Positions 1-11,505 of a stretch of 64,000 nucleotides of DNA are shown here, piece by piece. Numbering within the stretch: the stretch's first letter is position 1; every line of letters begins with the position of its first letter. The position numbers and the translations under genes were made by a program. Source of the stretch: Squalus acanthias (taxonomy: Eukaryota); the NCBI GenBank assembly GCA_030390025.1, contig CM059425.1:169882001-169946000 (forward strand), in the 5' to 3' direction. Below the pieces are notes generated by a model. That model saw only the letters and a list, made by a program, of their open reading frames with translations, did no database searches and was not told the origin of the DNA.

Positions 1-215
1 CCTGCCATACCTCTACTTAACAGACTATTTACTAACCTAGCTGGAATAAACTTAAAACTTTAAGAAAGCCAAGTATAAACATTTACCAGCTACTCACCAA
101 TCAGCTCCCTCCCCTTGTGCCGACGCCACTTTTTGACTTCAAACGTCAATATTTCAAAATTCTGCCGGTGCTGAGTTGGTACCACCACCTCGCCGCTCCT
201 CCCAGGTCCGCTCTG
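1..215 (-). mobile_element. CR1 LINE 5' UTR and ORF1 start codon (element continues off the left edge)
   Basis: Colinear similarity to 57661-58020, the 5' end of the minus-strand CR1 (cctgccat, aataaactt, caccaatcag, cttgtgcc blocks). The minus-strand ATG is at 8-6. Confidence 0.65.
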
Positions 216-226
216 TCGCCGCCGCT

Positions 227-454
227 GCTGTGAATCTTTGGAATTCTCTACCCCAAAGGGCTGTGGATGCTGAATCGTTGAGTATATTCAAAGCTGAGAT
301 AGATAGAATTTTGGATTCTTGGGGAATCAAGGGATATTGGGATCGGGCGGGAATGTGGAGTTGAGGTCAAAGATCAGCCATGATCTTATTGAATGGCAGA
401 GCAGGCTCGAGGGGCCGTATAGCCTACTGCTACTCCTAATTCTTATGTTGTTAT
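227..454 (+). mobile_element. CR1 LINE 3' end fragment
   Basis: Encodes VNLWNSLPQRAVDAESLSIFKAEID, the CR1 ORF2 C-terminus. The 3' UTR matches 19401-19505 and ends in a cttatgtt-type tail. Confidence 0.85.
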
Positions 455-499
455 GAGGATGGAAAGAGGCATCAAGGTCGTTTAATATTTTACAAAAGC

Positions 500-625
500 A
501 AACTACTGTGGAGGTTGGAAATCTGAAAAAGAAACGAAAGGTCATCGACCTAAAACGTGAACTCTGTTTCCCTCTCCACAAATGTTGCCTGACCTGCTGA
601 GTATTTCCAGCAATTTCTGCAGTTC
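500..625 (+). mobile_element. Degraded terminus of a second, probably Penelope-like, retroelement family
   Basis: Motif aaacgtgaactctgttt...cctgacctgctgagtatttccagca. Related remnants lie near 37125-37180, 58905-58975 (reverse) and 63845-63885 (reverse). The family assignment is from recollection only. Confidence 0.4.
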
Positions 626-1047
626 AATATTTTCTTCAGTTTTGGGATTTTGGCTGTAGATATAAAACTCGCCCTCTAGCCTAATGGAGTAATTTGTTTA
701 TTTCATAATTGTAGTGTGACTAAGTTGGCAATGCATTCCGGGAGGTTTCATCACATGACCTCTTGCCTCCAACTACCTCGCCCCCACGCTCCCACCATTG
801 TTCACCCGGCACGCCATCCTTGTGGTCCATCACATTCTCACGGCAAAAGGAACAGACTCTTTGGCCCTGATAGTAATGCGGCTATGGGGTTGGAGCGGTG
901 TGGGGGGGTGGGGGTGCGGGGGGGCGGGCGGAGGGGTGGAGAGAGTATTAATATCGAGGCCCTTGTTTCCTGATTGGATGATTCTTAACTATCAGTCAAA
1001 CAATCCTGTTTTCCATCTCCAATATTTTTTTTAACTAATAAATGAAA

Positions 1048-1761
1048 GGGCTCGATTTTGCCAGGCCCAAGGAGGTGGGAATGGAGGCGTGTGGGGTGTT
1101 AAAATTGCAAAAAATGGCAGGCGGGCCTGACCCCGCTGCCGAGCAATTTTCCCAAATGCGTGGTTTCTGATCCCGTCTCGCCTCCAAGAGGCGGGATAGG
1201 CCTTTAACAACCACTTAATTGCCTCTATAATCCCATTTTGAGAGGCCTTTCTGATTTTAACACTTTTCCGACGTGATGCACGCCTCCTCTGAAACACGAC
1301 GGTGAAACCTGGCGGTAGCACACTTGGATTGCTGACTATCAGCTGCAGGTCCACCATTATGAAGGAGATTTGATCAATCATCATTCTGGGGGAACTTTTA
1401 GCAGTCATAACCATTGTTGTGGAAGTTTGGAGCAGGGGTGGTGGTGGTGGTGGTGGCGGTGGCGGTATCTGGGAGCAGACTTAGGTCTCCTGCTGCTCAT
1501 TTTGCCTCCAGGTCCCTCTCACAGCAAAGGCCAAAAGGTTGGCAGTCTTTGCAGACCTTCAATGCAGCAGCAATGATGACATCATCAGAGGCGACTTTCA
1601 GACTGAAAAAACTAATTGGGTCATGGGTTCCCACATGCTGGAACTCAATTGCCCAATTAGGGGAAAATCGAATAATTCTCCCACATCCAATTGGAGTCGG
1701 GTGGCTAACACGAAAAGTGGATGACACGACCCCAGCCCACCCCAATGACAAAATCGAGCCC
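1048..1761 (+). mobile_element. Non-autonomous Harbinger element (MITE), deletion derivative of the 2152-6471 family
   Basis: TIRs GGGCTCGATTTTG / CAAAATCGAGCCC, TSD AAA (1045-1047 and 1762-1764). The left ~390 bp aligns to 2152-2590 and the right ~210 bp aligns to 6260-6471. Confidence 0.92.
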
Positions 1762-2678
1762 AAAGTGTTCAAAGCACAAGTAGAAAAACACCCAATTTTT
1801 TTTAATACACCTAGGATTTTTTTCTCGGTTTGCACGCAGCAGAAATTAATCTTTAATTCCTGGAGACCCCAAAACAATGCCTGAGAGCTGGCAAATGTAT
1901 GTGTGGCTGACTGATGAACACTTTTGTTGGATGTGAGCGAAGATTTTACATATTTTAATGAGCCATTTTCCCTTTTAGTGGACTTGCTGTGTGCCCCATA
2001 AGCAAACCTCATGTCTTCCACAATTCAAAATCTGCAATCTCTCAGATTTCTATCCACACAGAGACCTTGTACTCTTAGCATATACACAATTCCTAGTTTG
2101 CTAGTGACCTTGCCTTCTCACTTTGCTCTTAGTCATTGTGAAAGACAATTTGGGCTGGATTTTGCCAGGCCCGAGGAGGCGGGTTTGGAGGCGTGTGAGA
2201 TGTTAAAATTGCAAAAAATGGCAGGCAGCTCCGATCCCGCCTCCAGCCTGCCTCTGATCAATTTTCCCAAAAGCGGCCTTTCAGACCCCATTTCGATCCC
2301 GCCTTCAAGAGGCGGGATAGACCCTTAAGGCCCTTAACAAACACTTAATTGCCTCTATAATGCCATTTTGAGAGGCCTTTCTAACTTTAACACATTTCCC
2401 CCGTGCTGCATGTCTCCTCTGGAACATGCCAGTTAATCCTGGCGGCCTCACAGGTGGATAGCTTACTAACAGCTGCAGCTCCACCATTAAAAAGGAATTT
2501 TCAACACTGATCATTTGCAGGTGGCAGAACTTTGTTTTCTCAGGTCTGGGAGAACTTTTAGCAGGCCTACTCATTGTGGAAGTTTTGAGGCTGAGATCCA
2601 TCTCCAGTGTGACCTCCTGGGAAACCCCTCTCCCCACCTTGACTGAGCGCTTCCTCAACTGAGATATATACCAGAAGC

Positions 2679-3962
2679 ATGGGAACCATTTATTTCCTTT
2701 CCTCCTGGACATCAGATTCAGACGAAGACCAGCTATGGCAGCAGCAGCACCCGGAACAACAGCAGCACCAACAACAGGAGCAACAACAGGAGTGCCAAGC
2801 TGCTGCTCACCCACCTGAAGCTGCACAGGCCAGAAGGCACCAGCGCATGGAAGCACGTTGCCGCAGGAGATACCCCCAAAACAGGGTTTACAGTCAGAGG
2901 ATGAGCTACCTCAACATGACTGAGCAGCAGTGCCAAAGGAGGCTCAGACTTTCGCGAGAGGTAGTGGGTGACGTCTGTGCAATGCTGCAGCAAGACCAGG
3001 AGCCCAGAGGAGCAGATGGACACCCCTTACCAGTGGCCGTCAAAGTCACCATCGCATTCAACTTTTTTGCTTCAGGCTCATTCCAGGGATCAACAGCAGA
3101 CATCAGCGGCATCTCCCAGGTGGCTGCACACACTTGCATCATGCAGGTAACCGATGCCCTCTTTGCCATTGCGCACAATTACATCAACTTCTCCAAGGAT
3201 CAAGCAAGTGTAACCGCGCGTGCGGTTGGATTTGCTAATTTGGCAGGCTTTCCAAGGATGCAGGGCGTCGTTGACTGCACACATGTGACCCTTAAGGCAC
3301 TCCATCACAATCCAGATATTTTTGTCAACTGTAAGGGCTTCCACTCCCTTAACGTGCAGCTGGTGTGTGACCACAAGAAGGAATTTTTGCATGTTTGCGC
3401 CAAGTACCCTGGCAGTTGCCATGACTCCTTCATCCTGCACCAGTCTAGTGTGCCTCCGCTCTTCAGTTCGCCAGACCAACTTTTTGGGTGGCTACTTGGA
3501 GACAAGGGCTATCTCCTGAAGACGTGGCTAATGACGCCATTGAGGAGCCCATCCAACGAAGCTGAGGAGCACTGCAACGCCAGCCACATTTCCACCAGAT
3601 CCATAATCGAGCAAACCATCGGCTTGCTGAAGATGCGATTCAGATGCCTTGATAGATCAGGCGGAGCCCTGCAGTACTCAGCAGCCAGGGTCTCCAGAAT
3701 CGTCGTGGTCTGCTGTGCACTTCACAACATGGCACAGCATCGTGGCTTGCAGATGCCTGAGGTACAAATGGCTCATCGCATAGCCTCCTCAGATGAGGAT
3801 GAGGATGATGATGAGGAGGAGGAGGCAGAGGAGGAGGAGGAGGAGGAGGAGGAGAGCGACAACAAACAGCTTGCGGAGGCGCATCAACCAGCGGCAGCAG
3901 CACACAAGCACATTGCTGCCCGGGATGCAAGGGACGCACTCAACTTGGCCAGATTTGCTTAG
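2679..3962 (+). CDS. Harbinger DDE transposase (HARBI1-like nuclease family), 427 aa, open frame
   Basis: Motifs GVVDCTHV (D), [20 protein letters not shown] (D), [18 protein letters not shown] (E), CCALHN. Q-rich N-terminus and acidic C-terminal tract. Confidence 0.95.
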   Translation: MGTIYFLSSWTSDSDEDQLWQQQHPEQQQHQQQEQQQECQAAAHPPEAAQARRHQRMEARCRRRYPQNRVYSQRMSYLNMTEQQCQRRLRLSREVVGDVCAMLQQDQEPRGADGHPLPVAVKVTIAFNFFASGSFQGSTADISGISQVAAHTCIMQVTDALFAIAHNYINFSKDQASVTARAVGFANLAGFPRMQGVVDCTHVTLKALHHNPDIFVNCKGFHSLNVQLVCDHKKEFLHVCAKYPGSCHDSFILHQSSVPPLFSSPDQLFGWLLGDKGYLLKTWLMTPLRSPSNEAEEHCNASHISTRSIIEQTIGLLKMRFRCLDRSGGALQYSAARVSRIVVVCCALHNMAQHRGLQMPEVQMAHRIASSDEDEDDDEEEEAEEEEEEEEESDNKQLAEAHQPAAAAHKHIAARDARDALNLARFA

Positions 3963-4221
3963 CCTGCCCAATCAAATACTTTTGCCTCGCACCTTTTTAC
4001 CAGAGCATCGACAATGGCCAAGAACCTACGGATTCCTATCACTCTGACCACCATACTGACAATTGCAAGTCACCCTAAGCCCTCAATGTGGAAGTCCCAT
4101 TTGCGAAATGACACAGCCCACAACTTCAACAGTTTGCCATCAAGTTTTTTTTATCACATAAAGTCACGGATGGCTTTTCAAAAATAAACACAACAGAACA
4201 CCCAAGTGACTACCCTTGTGA

Positions 4222-6205
4222 CTACTTGAGCTTTATATTCCTCTTATGCGTGCTCCTACGTGGTGCTTCCCCTGTGGCTTCAGCAGATGTGGAGGCCCCT
4301 TGCTCACTCTCTTGCTGCTCCTGCCTCGACACCTTTGGCGGGCATCCTCTGGGGTTGCAAGCCTGTGAGGGCTCGGCAACAGTCTGCTGCTCCTGCAGCT
4401 GTGCAGGGGCTGAGATGCCGATCTCAGTTGGGTGAGGACTCTGGTGAGGCTCTGACTGAGGGCTCTGCAGTGACACAGTCGTGTGAGCGCTGGAGAGGTG
4501 CCCCCACTTCTTTGTTCTCTGCCACCAACATCCCTCTCATGGGTCAGCCCCACTTCAGAGCTAGCAAGTGGCTTGACAGCACCTTGCTGCACTTCAGGGG
4601 GGCCATGAGGACCCGTTTCTGCACTGGAAGTTCTACTCCAGAGGTCTTCCATGAAGGTCTGGTTTGTTTGCTCAATAGCTGACCATTGCTCCTCAAGAGA
4701 TGTCAGTCTATTCTGAACAATGACCATGTTTTCAAGACCCTGGCGACAAACCTCCTCCATGGCCGTGGCCATCCTCTCCTCTACTGTAGTCATCCTCTCC
4801 TCTCTGGTAGCCAGCCTTACCATGGAGGTAGCCATCCTTTCCACGGAGGTTGCCATCCTTTGCGTGGTGATGCGTTGATGCGCCAATGCCTCCATAAAGT
4901 CTCTGCTCATGTTAGCGATGGACAAAACCTGCCAGAGACTCCTGCACCTGTTCCTGGAGTTCCAGCACCGCTCTCCTTCTGGATGGACCCGGAGGCACAG
5001 GGTCGACATGCAGCTGAGCAAAGCTGGAAGAGTCCTGCGCCCTCCGACGAGGACTCTCCACTGCTGTCCCTGTCTCCAGCATCTGCTGATGCTCACTTGT
5101 GAGCTGTGATACACCAGGTGACAACACTACTCTATTTCCCGAAGGTCCCACCGAGGTGTGAGTGTCTGCGCTGGTGCTGGGTGCGCTTAATTTTGCTGAC
5201 GTTGCGCCCTCAGAGGTTGCAGCTTCCTCTGAGGAGTCTGGGGGCTCAGGCTGTCCCTCCTGGACAGTGGGGATGGAGGCTGTCGATGGTCCTGTGGGGG
5301 AGTAAAGGAAAGAGTTAGACATGTGAGATAAACGTTGCATGCACATTGAATTGTGCAGATGATCATAAGTCAATCTGTTAGAGCATTAGAATCAATATCA
5401 GTCACTCATACAATGTCAATGAGAGAGATGAAAAACTATTCTGTCACCAGCTTGCTCTGATGCGCCTGTCTGTCCGTCCCCCACTTGCGCATCCTCCTCG
5501 ACTCCCACGATCTCCAGGGCCACCTCCTCTGCAGTGGTGAGCTGGGCTATTGAGGGTGGCCCTCCTCCTGTCCTCGCCCTCTCCCTCTTATTGTGGGCTC
5601 TCTTTTCCTGCAATGAGGGACACAAGTGGAGTTTGAGTGAGAATGAAGGAGTGAGTGTAGAGAATCCGCAGCATAGGTTCTTAGAAGGACACAAAGATGG
5701 AGTGAGGTGCCAATACCAAGGGCCCTCCCTGTGTGTTGTAAGTTGTTGTCATTGCATCACAGTGATAGGGATTGTGAGGGCTGCATAGTCGAATAGTTAA
5801 GTGAATGTGAACATACAGAGAGAGGGAATGATTAAGGGTCCAGGGATGTTAGGGTCAAGTGGGATGTGGAGGAGGAGGTTGACAAAGCAGAGTGCTGATG
5901 ATGAGAGGTGATGGGGATCAGATTGAGGGTCATGTGGATGGAATACTCACTTTTCCTGTGCGGAGAAGGTCATGAAACCTCTTTCAGCACTGCAGCCAGG
6001 TTCTGCTGCACATTGAAATGGCATTCACCTCCTGTGCCACTTGCATCCACACAGCTTTGGTCTGTTGGGGAGGCTTTTTCCTCCCTAAAGAAGGAAACAG
6101 CACTTCTTTATTCGCTCTTGTTCCCTCCACCAGAGCTTGGAGGGAGTTCTCATCGGAACGGGGTGCACATTTTGGTCTGCTGCTTGACAGGGTTGGAGCA
6201 CGAAT
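4222..6205 (-). pseudogene. Harbinger Myb/SANT-like (trihelix) DNA-binding gene, three exons, disrupted
   Basis: Exon 1 ~6205-5951 reads LQALVEG...VWMQVAQEVN...RTWLQC*KRFHDLLRTGK then GTGAGT. Exon 2 5607-5448 (160 nt) reads EKRAHNKRERARTGGGPP. Exon 3 5291-4222. There is an in-frame TGA at 5986-5984, at least two frameshifts in exon 3, and no clear ATG. Confidence 0.88.
4755..4859 (-). repeat. Five 21-bp coding tandem repeats (heptads) in the Myb gene
   Basis: Translates as RMATSVE-RMATSMV-RLATREE-RMTTVEE-RMATAME. Confidence 0.85.
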
Positions 6206-7373
6206 CCCTCAGAACTATAATGCAAAAGTTGTAAGGCAGAAAAAGAACCAAGGCTGCTTGCAGGCCTTAAATGCAGCTGCATAGATGACGTCATCAGAAG
6301 CGAGTTTCAGGACCAAAATACTCATTGGGCCAGGGGTTCCCACACGCTGGAAATCAAGTGCCCAATTAGGGGAAAATCGCTCAATTATCCCGCCTCACAT
6401 CGGAGGCGGGGTCGTGACCCGCCGACCACCTGACCCGCCCCTAGCCCGCCCCCAATGACAAAATCCAGCCCTTTGAGTTCAATTCAGGCTCCAAATTAAG
6501 CTATTAGATTTTATTTACAGTGATCTTAACCAGTAAAAGCGCATACAGAATTTCACACAATCACTAAACTCGCAGTCCTTAGAAGATGCAGCTGATCCTT
6601 CAGCAGTACGTACTCGCTGGTCTTTTGATTGTCTCTTACTCCAGCGCAAAATTCAGATCAGTTCAGCTCTGTGCTGTCTCTCTTCCTTATTTTTTTCATT
6701 ATCCCCAGAAATCCCAACCCTGGGGCTGAATTACCTCAGCTGTTCCACCAGACTCTCACCATAACTCCAGCAGGAATTGGCAGAACAGCTGGCACGGGAC
6801 CCAGAAATGCCGGTTCCTGACATTAGCTGGGAATTGCTGCTTGGCCTTGTATGGGGCGAAACTTCCCCCTGCTCTTTACAAGCATATTCACGTGGAGGGG
6901 GTGGGCCAGGGATGGATACACTGGGCTAAGCACAGTGGCCTGGATCCCGAAGGTGGGGAGATTTTTGAAACAATATTTTATAGATTGGCCCTCTAACACA
7001 GTGGGCGGAGCGGGGGTGGAGTGGTTAGAACGCAGGGGTCTCTGAGGGGGACAGCCTGCTCTTACCTTCCTCCAATGTCAGCACATTGAGGCAGACGAGT
7101 GCCTGACTTGCGTTTGTAGTGGTGCAATCACCTGCTGGTCCCATGCAAATGAGGTGCCCTCCCAGTAACCCAGCAAACTCTCTTGGGATCAGTGCTAGAG
7201 GGCACCAGCGGATTTGATTCTGGTGTAATGGCCAGGATTGTGGCCTGCACATTCTTAGGTCTCCTATTCTGTCTTTGATTTGTGTGGAGATCACAGTGAA
7301 TACAATGTGGATATAAAAAAATGCAGATTTGTCTTACAGTGACTTATTTGCTAAGCTGTCTCTATCTGATAAT

Positions 7374-7457
7374 GGCCTGGAATCTCCAGGGTTTCTGCCG
7401 CACTTCTGGCGAAGTTATGGCAGCCAATCAGGGGCAGCTCTGAGGAAATTCCCAGCC
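7374..7457. mobile_element. 84-bp Harbinger-type mini-MITE
   Basis: Imperfect TIRs GGCCTGGAATCTCC / GGAAATTCCCAGCC (11/14 match), flanked by AAT on both sides (7371-7373, 7458-7460). Confidence 0.6.
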
Positions 7458-7615
7458 AATGTCTGTTTCGAGGTGAATTGTGGATGGATTGGGTGTGGTT
7501 CACACCTCCAAAACATGGGCGGAACTTCAACTGTCCCTACTGGGTGAGAATGGAGCGGGAGTGCAGCTAAAGTGGACCGTCTCCATTTCCAGTTCCATTC
7601 CCACTGATCTACTAT

Positions 7616-9162
7616 TGTAATGCCTCTGGTTTTGGTGGTGGATGACACACTCACCAAACTCAGGCTGGAGCTGAAGGGACAATTACAAGTCCTAGCCCTT
7701 TTCGGGCTACCCCAGATCAGGCGTATTCCCCAGACGTTCACCTTCAACTAAAGTTAGCGGTAGCCGAATCCTAGAGACGCTTAATTGGGTCAAAAGGTTC
7801 AGACTATCTCTCCCTAAAGGAAAGGAACAGCCTGAAGATGTTACCATCCTCCGGATAGCACTTTTAACAAGTTTAACTAGACTGTAACCTTCTGGATATT
7901 ATGAGGGTCCGGAAAACCCCCCAGAATTTTGCAACTCCTCACTGAAGAGTGTACAGAAATTGAGTTCGTGAGATTGATACAGAAATTACTCTGTGAGACA
8001 ATTTTAAAAATATATAGATTTATTAAAGAACCGACTTTTAGTTAACAGCTGGTATGGCAATCGCAACTTTAACCATTCAAAATACAAATAGCTTACATTT
8101 CTTATCAGAGATCCTTATTCTCAAATCTTAACTTCATTACATTTCCACACTTCTACTTATTTCTTAATCCAGAATATCCACCAAAATCAAATACCTTGAT
8201 TACCCGAGACTCAGAGTTGTAGGCCTACAGAGTGGTTCTGAAGGCGAGAATCGCTCTGCCCCTTCCCAGCGACTTCTGACTCTCTATCTGAAAAGTTCTA
8301 TTTTTATACCTTTTTTTAGTGGTTTATTCTTTGAAGTTTTCTGCTGATGTAAGCTAATTATCTTTAGTCATTCTCTATTAAATTCTTTTCTATTCTTACT
8401 GTCATTTCAGCTGCCAACTTTTAGAATCCTATCTGCTGTATAGGTGTTTCAAAAACTTTTCATTTTTATGGTTATTATCGATTTATCTATTTGATGCTAT
8501 TCTTAGGAAGTCTTTCTATTGAATTCTTAACTCCCTTTAGCTGCTTGTTAGCAGACATCGTGTCTCCTAACTATTCCATTTTCAATACAAACACAATGTG
8601 ATGGCTTGGTGTCATCTATTGATATTATATCTTCAAAGTGTTCTGTTTGTACCTTTTACAATTTGTAAATCAAAAACACTTCATCTCGGGTGTTCGTTGC
8701 ATTTCTTATTTACTTCAATTGGTTGTATTAAGAATCATGTCTCCTTGTTCTAAATTTAACATAAAACTATTTTACGGCAGGTATTTCTTTTACTTGATGT
8801 CATTTTTTCAAAGGCACTTGTTTTTTTTTAATGTTCTGTGTTTCTTTTCGACATGTTAGCTTTTAACACTTTACTTGGGCATTGCTATTGTTTTGGTTCC
8901 AAACTACAGACATCTCGGAAGAAAGCCTTTGCTTTTCCAATAGGGCCTTTGTCTTTGTATTTACAAACCAATTCCCATTTCAAAGCTTGTTTGGTGTTTA
9001 CAACTTTTGTTATCAACTGTTCTTATCTCAAAACCCTGTATTGTGTTTGCAGCCTGTGTCGCCGAGGCTTTCCAGACTTTTAAACCCAGTATGTCATGTA
9101 TTGATATCAGAAATCTGTTCATAGGATGGTGTATTTTTCTGAAATATGGCTATTCCATTACA
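7616..9162 (-). mobile_element. Probable solo LTR (~1.55 kb)
   Basis: Termini TGTAATG...CATTACA (TG...CA, 7-bp inverted). On the minus strand a TATAAAA box near 8308-8302 is followed by AATAAA near 8024-8019. No matching TSD was found. Confidence 0.55.
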
Positions 9163-9959
9163 GAGGCACATGCGTAAATGCTCAGTGGGGCCTTATGATG
9201 CCAGTAGGATCCAGATGGCATTTTAACCGAGGTGTGAATGGACCCTTTCCAGCCAGGCAGAAGCAGGTTGGTACCTGTTGGGAAAGATGAAGAGGCCATC
9301 CGGGTAAGTGAAAACATTTCTTCTATGGGCCAGGAGTGCTCCTCCTGGCAATAACCCTCCTGAAAACCTCTCCTCGCCATTTACCGGGAAGCCGGCAGCT
9401 GATCAGTGGCCGTCCAAGTTCCACCTACCGGAGGCCTTTGTGTGCCTTCTTGCCACTCGTTCTAGGTGGGGAATGGACGGGAAGTGTTTAAATGAGGCCC
9501 CAGAGTTAAAATATCACAGGCCTGAAACTTAGGCCAGTGAGTGCATTTGAACTCGTCCATCCCCGCGCCTACACAAAATCCGTTTGGGTTCAAAATCAAT
9601 CCCATCGTCTTCCAGACTTGATTAGCATGTCAAACCAGTCTCAAGGTGAAGGACAAACACAGAGCCCAGACACTCTGGTGCCTATTACCCATTCTAAGGT
9701 ATTATTACACAAGGGAAAACATAAGTGAGCACAAAGTATATAAAGGATTCCACTCTCTTCCCATCTACATTTATACAGTGACTTGAATGCTGAACTGTCA
9801 CAGTGGCTAAAAAACCCCAATGCCTCATCTAACTATCTGGAGCGAGTGCAGGCAATAGGAGCGCTACAACCTCCCCAAAATGGCGGCCAACAGAAGCAAG
9901 ACAGCCACTATTTTTTCAGCAAAACCGGCCTTAATGGCCGTCGCTAAACCTCCGAATTT

Positions 9960-10130
9960 TGCAGCAAAAATCTTCCATTATTACATTTATCTTCTTGCAG
10001 ACCTCCTTGATTTGCATTTGTATGCATTTCTCTGTTAAATCGTCTCGGTCAGGGGGTTTATAAAATACTCCCACTAGCGTTTTACATCTTCGCATGTTCC
10101 TTAGTTCTACCCATAGTGATTTCATTTGTT
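9960..10130 (-). mobile_element. Old CR1 endonuclease-domain fragment
   Basis: SLWVELRN...KTLVGVFYKPP...IMEDF parallels ETVWVEIRN...KTLVGVVYRPP...IMGDF in 15461-16819. Confidence 0.75.
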
Positions 10131-11505
10131 AATTGCAGACATATATGGCACTTAAATTTGCTCTGCACAGGAGCATCTCTCCTTAATGACAGTTCATATC
10201 ATCCACTTTGTGAATGTGAGCCTTTCAGCTTGGATGCAATGGCTGCACGTGGTCTTTCTTTCGTTTAAATTAATTTGAATAATTACTAGTTTTTATTATT
10301 ATAACAGATAGATGCTTTTTAGTTTTAATTTAACAATTTAGTACCACAATAGCAACATTTCCATTTTTTTAGGCTGCACCTAGTTTTCACAACATAGAAA
10401 AAGTCCACGTAAAGGTTTTGAGAGCTACACGAGAGCACAGAGGAACATTGTGACTTTGGAGTTCGGCACCTTTTAATGTGTTGGAAAATAATAATTTGGA
10501 ATCCATTATAAGGCACAAAGAAGTAATGACATCATGGTGACACTGGGATAATAGATAACATTTTTACAAACACTTCACTCCAGATAGAAAAAGAGGATGA
10601 CTTTCACCCTTTCACCCTAGAAAGAGGTTTCTTCTTCATTTTTCAGCTCCTTGTAGGAACTTTTCAATATTTTAATAAAAGTCTACCCAGTCTGCATTTT
10701 GCTAATATTCAGGCTTATCTGAATAGTAGAGCTGAAAAGTCACAATCATTTCATCTCTAGTCAAGGTAAACTCTCATTTATCATATCATTTTTCATAATA
10801 TGGTGGGGGAAATAAATTCTGATGCAGATCCTAACAGCAGCTGAAATGGCTAATATTGCTATCATTTTGAGATTTTCGGAGTGTTTCTATAGCTGCGTCA
10901 GCCTGCTGAAAAACAATTCTCTAACTATTGGTACCTGCTGAGAGCAGCTTGTAACCATCCAGCAACTTATTACTGCTCCAGTCCTTTCTGTAGTCATGGA
11001 GACAACCCCGCAGTTCCACCTCACATCTCACAGAAGACTTCTGCAATTAACGGTGCTCTTCGACAAGGTTTCTAGATGGGGCTTCATACCAGAAACTAGG
11101 ATAATGATTCAGATTAAAATAGCATGTGTGGATGTATTCAGTTTAATATAAGTTGATGGACCCCTTTGAGAACCAATAATAATTGAGACTCAGTTATTGT
11201 ACGCCATCATTAAGTGCCGTGGATTTTTATTGGACGAATAAACAACTTAATCCTCTTTCATCATATTTTATTTATTTATTATCCACCAAGACATTTGAAA
11301 AATTACATTATTATGTTCTGATTCATGTGAAGGCATCGTTGCTAGGAAACACAGGTAAAAGTGGGGTCAGTGAGGGCACTGAACAGTAAATGTAAAAAAT
11401 TATATTTTCTTGCTCACCTTGTCCATTTCTTTCTGTAGCATTTTCTTTTTATTATTTTAATAGCAAAGGAAACATGCAAACAAACTCAAGAAAGATAGAT
11501 AGCAT

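Larger units (their letters stand above)
2152..6471 (+). mobile_element. Structurally complete PIF/Harbinger DNA transposon (4320 bp)
   Basis: TIRs GGGCTGGATTTTG / CAAAATCCAGCCC, TSD TTT (2149-2151 and 6472-6474). Convergent transposase and Myb/SANT genes inside. Confidence 0.95.

Noticed and set aside
886..940. G-rich tract with G-quadruplex potential (also 31136-31160)
   Set aside because: Low-complexity sequence with no supporting functional context.
1031..2856. ORFs 1031-1414, 1414-1884, 1497-2021 and 2305-2856 as genes
   Set aside because: They overlap non-coding Harbinger termini; their mutual similarity reflects the repeat.
2679..3962. Calling this the domesticated host gene HARBI1
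   Set aside because: It lies between TIRs with a TSD and has several decayed paralogues in the window, so it is a transposon copy.
4755..4859. CRISPR-like array
   Set aside because: The units are contiguous coding repeats without spacers, and the context is eukaryotic.
10930..11480. Minus-strand exon-like segments (donor AAG/GTGAGC near 11418; open frame ~11041-10935)
   Set aside because: Weak or missing acceptors and no recognisable protein or consistent gene model.
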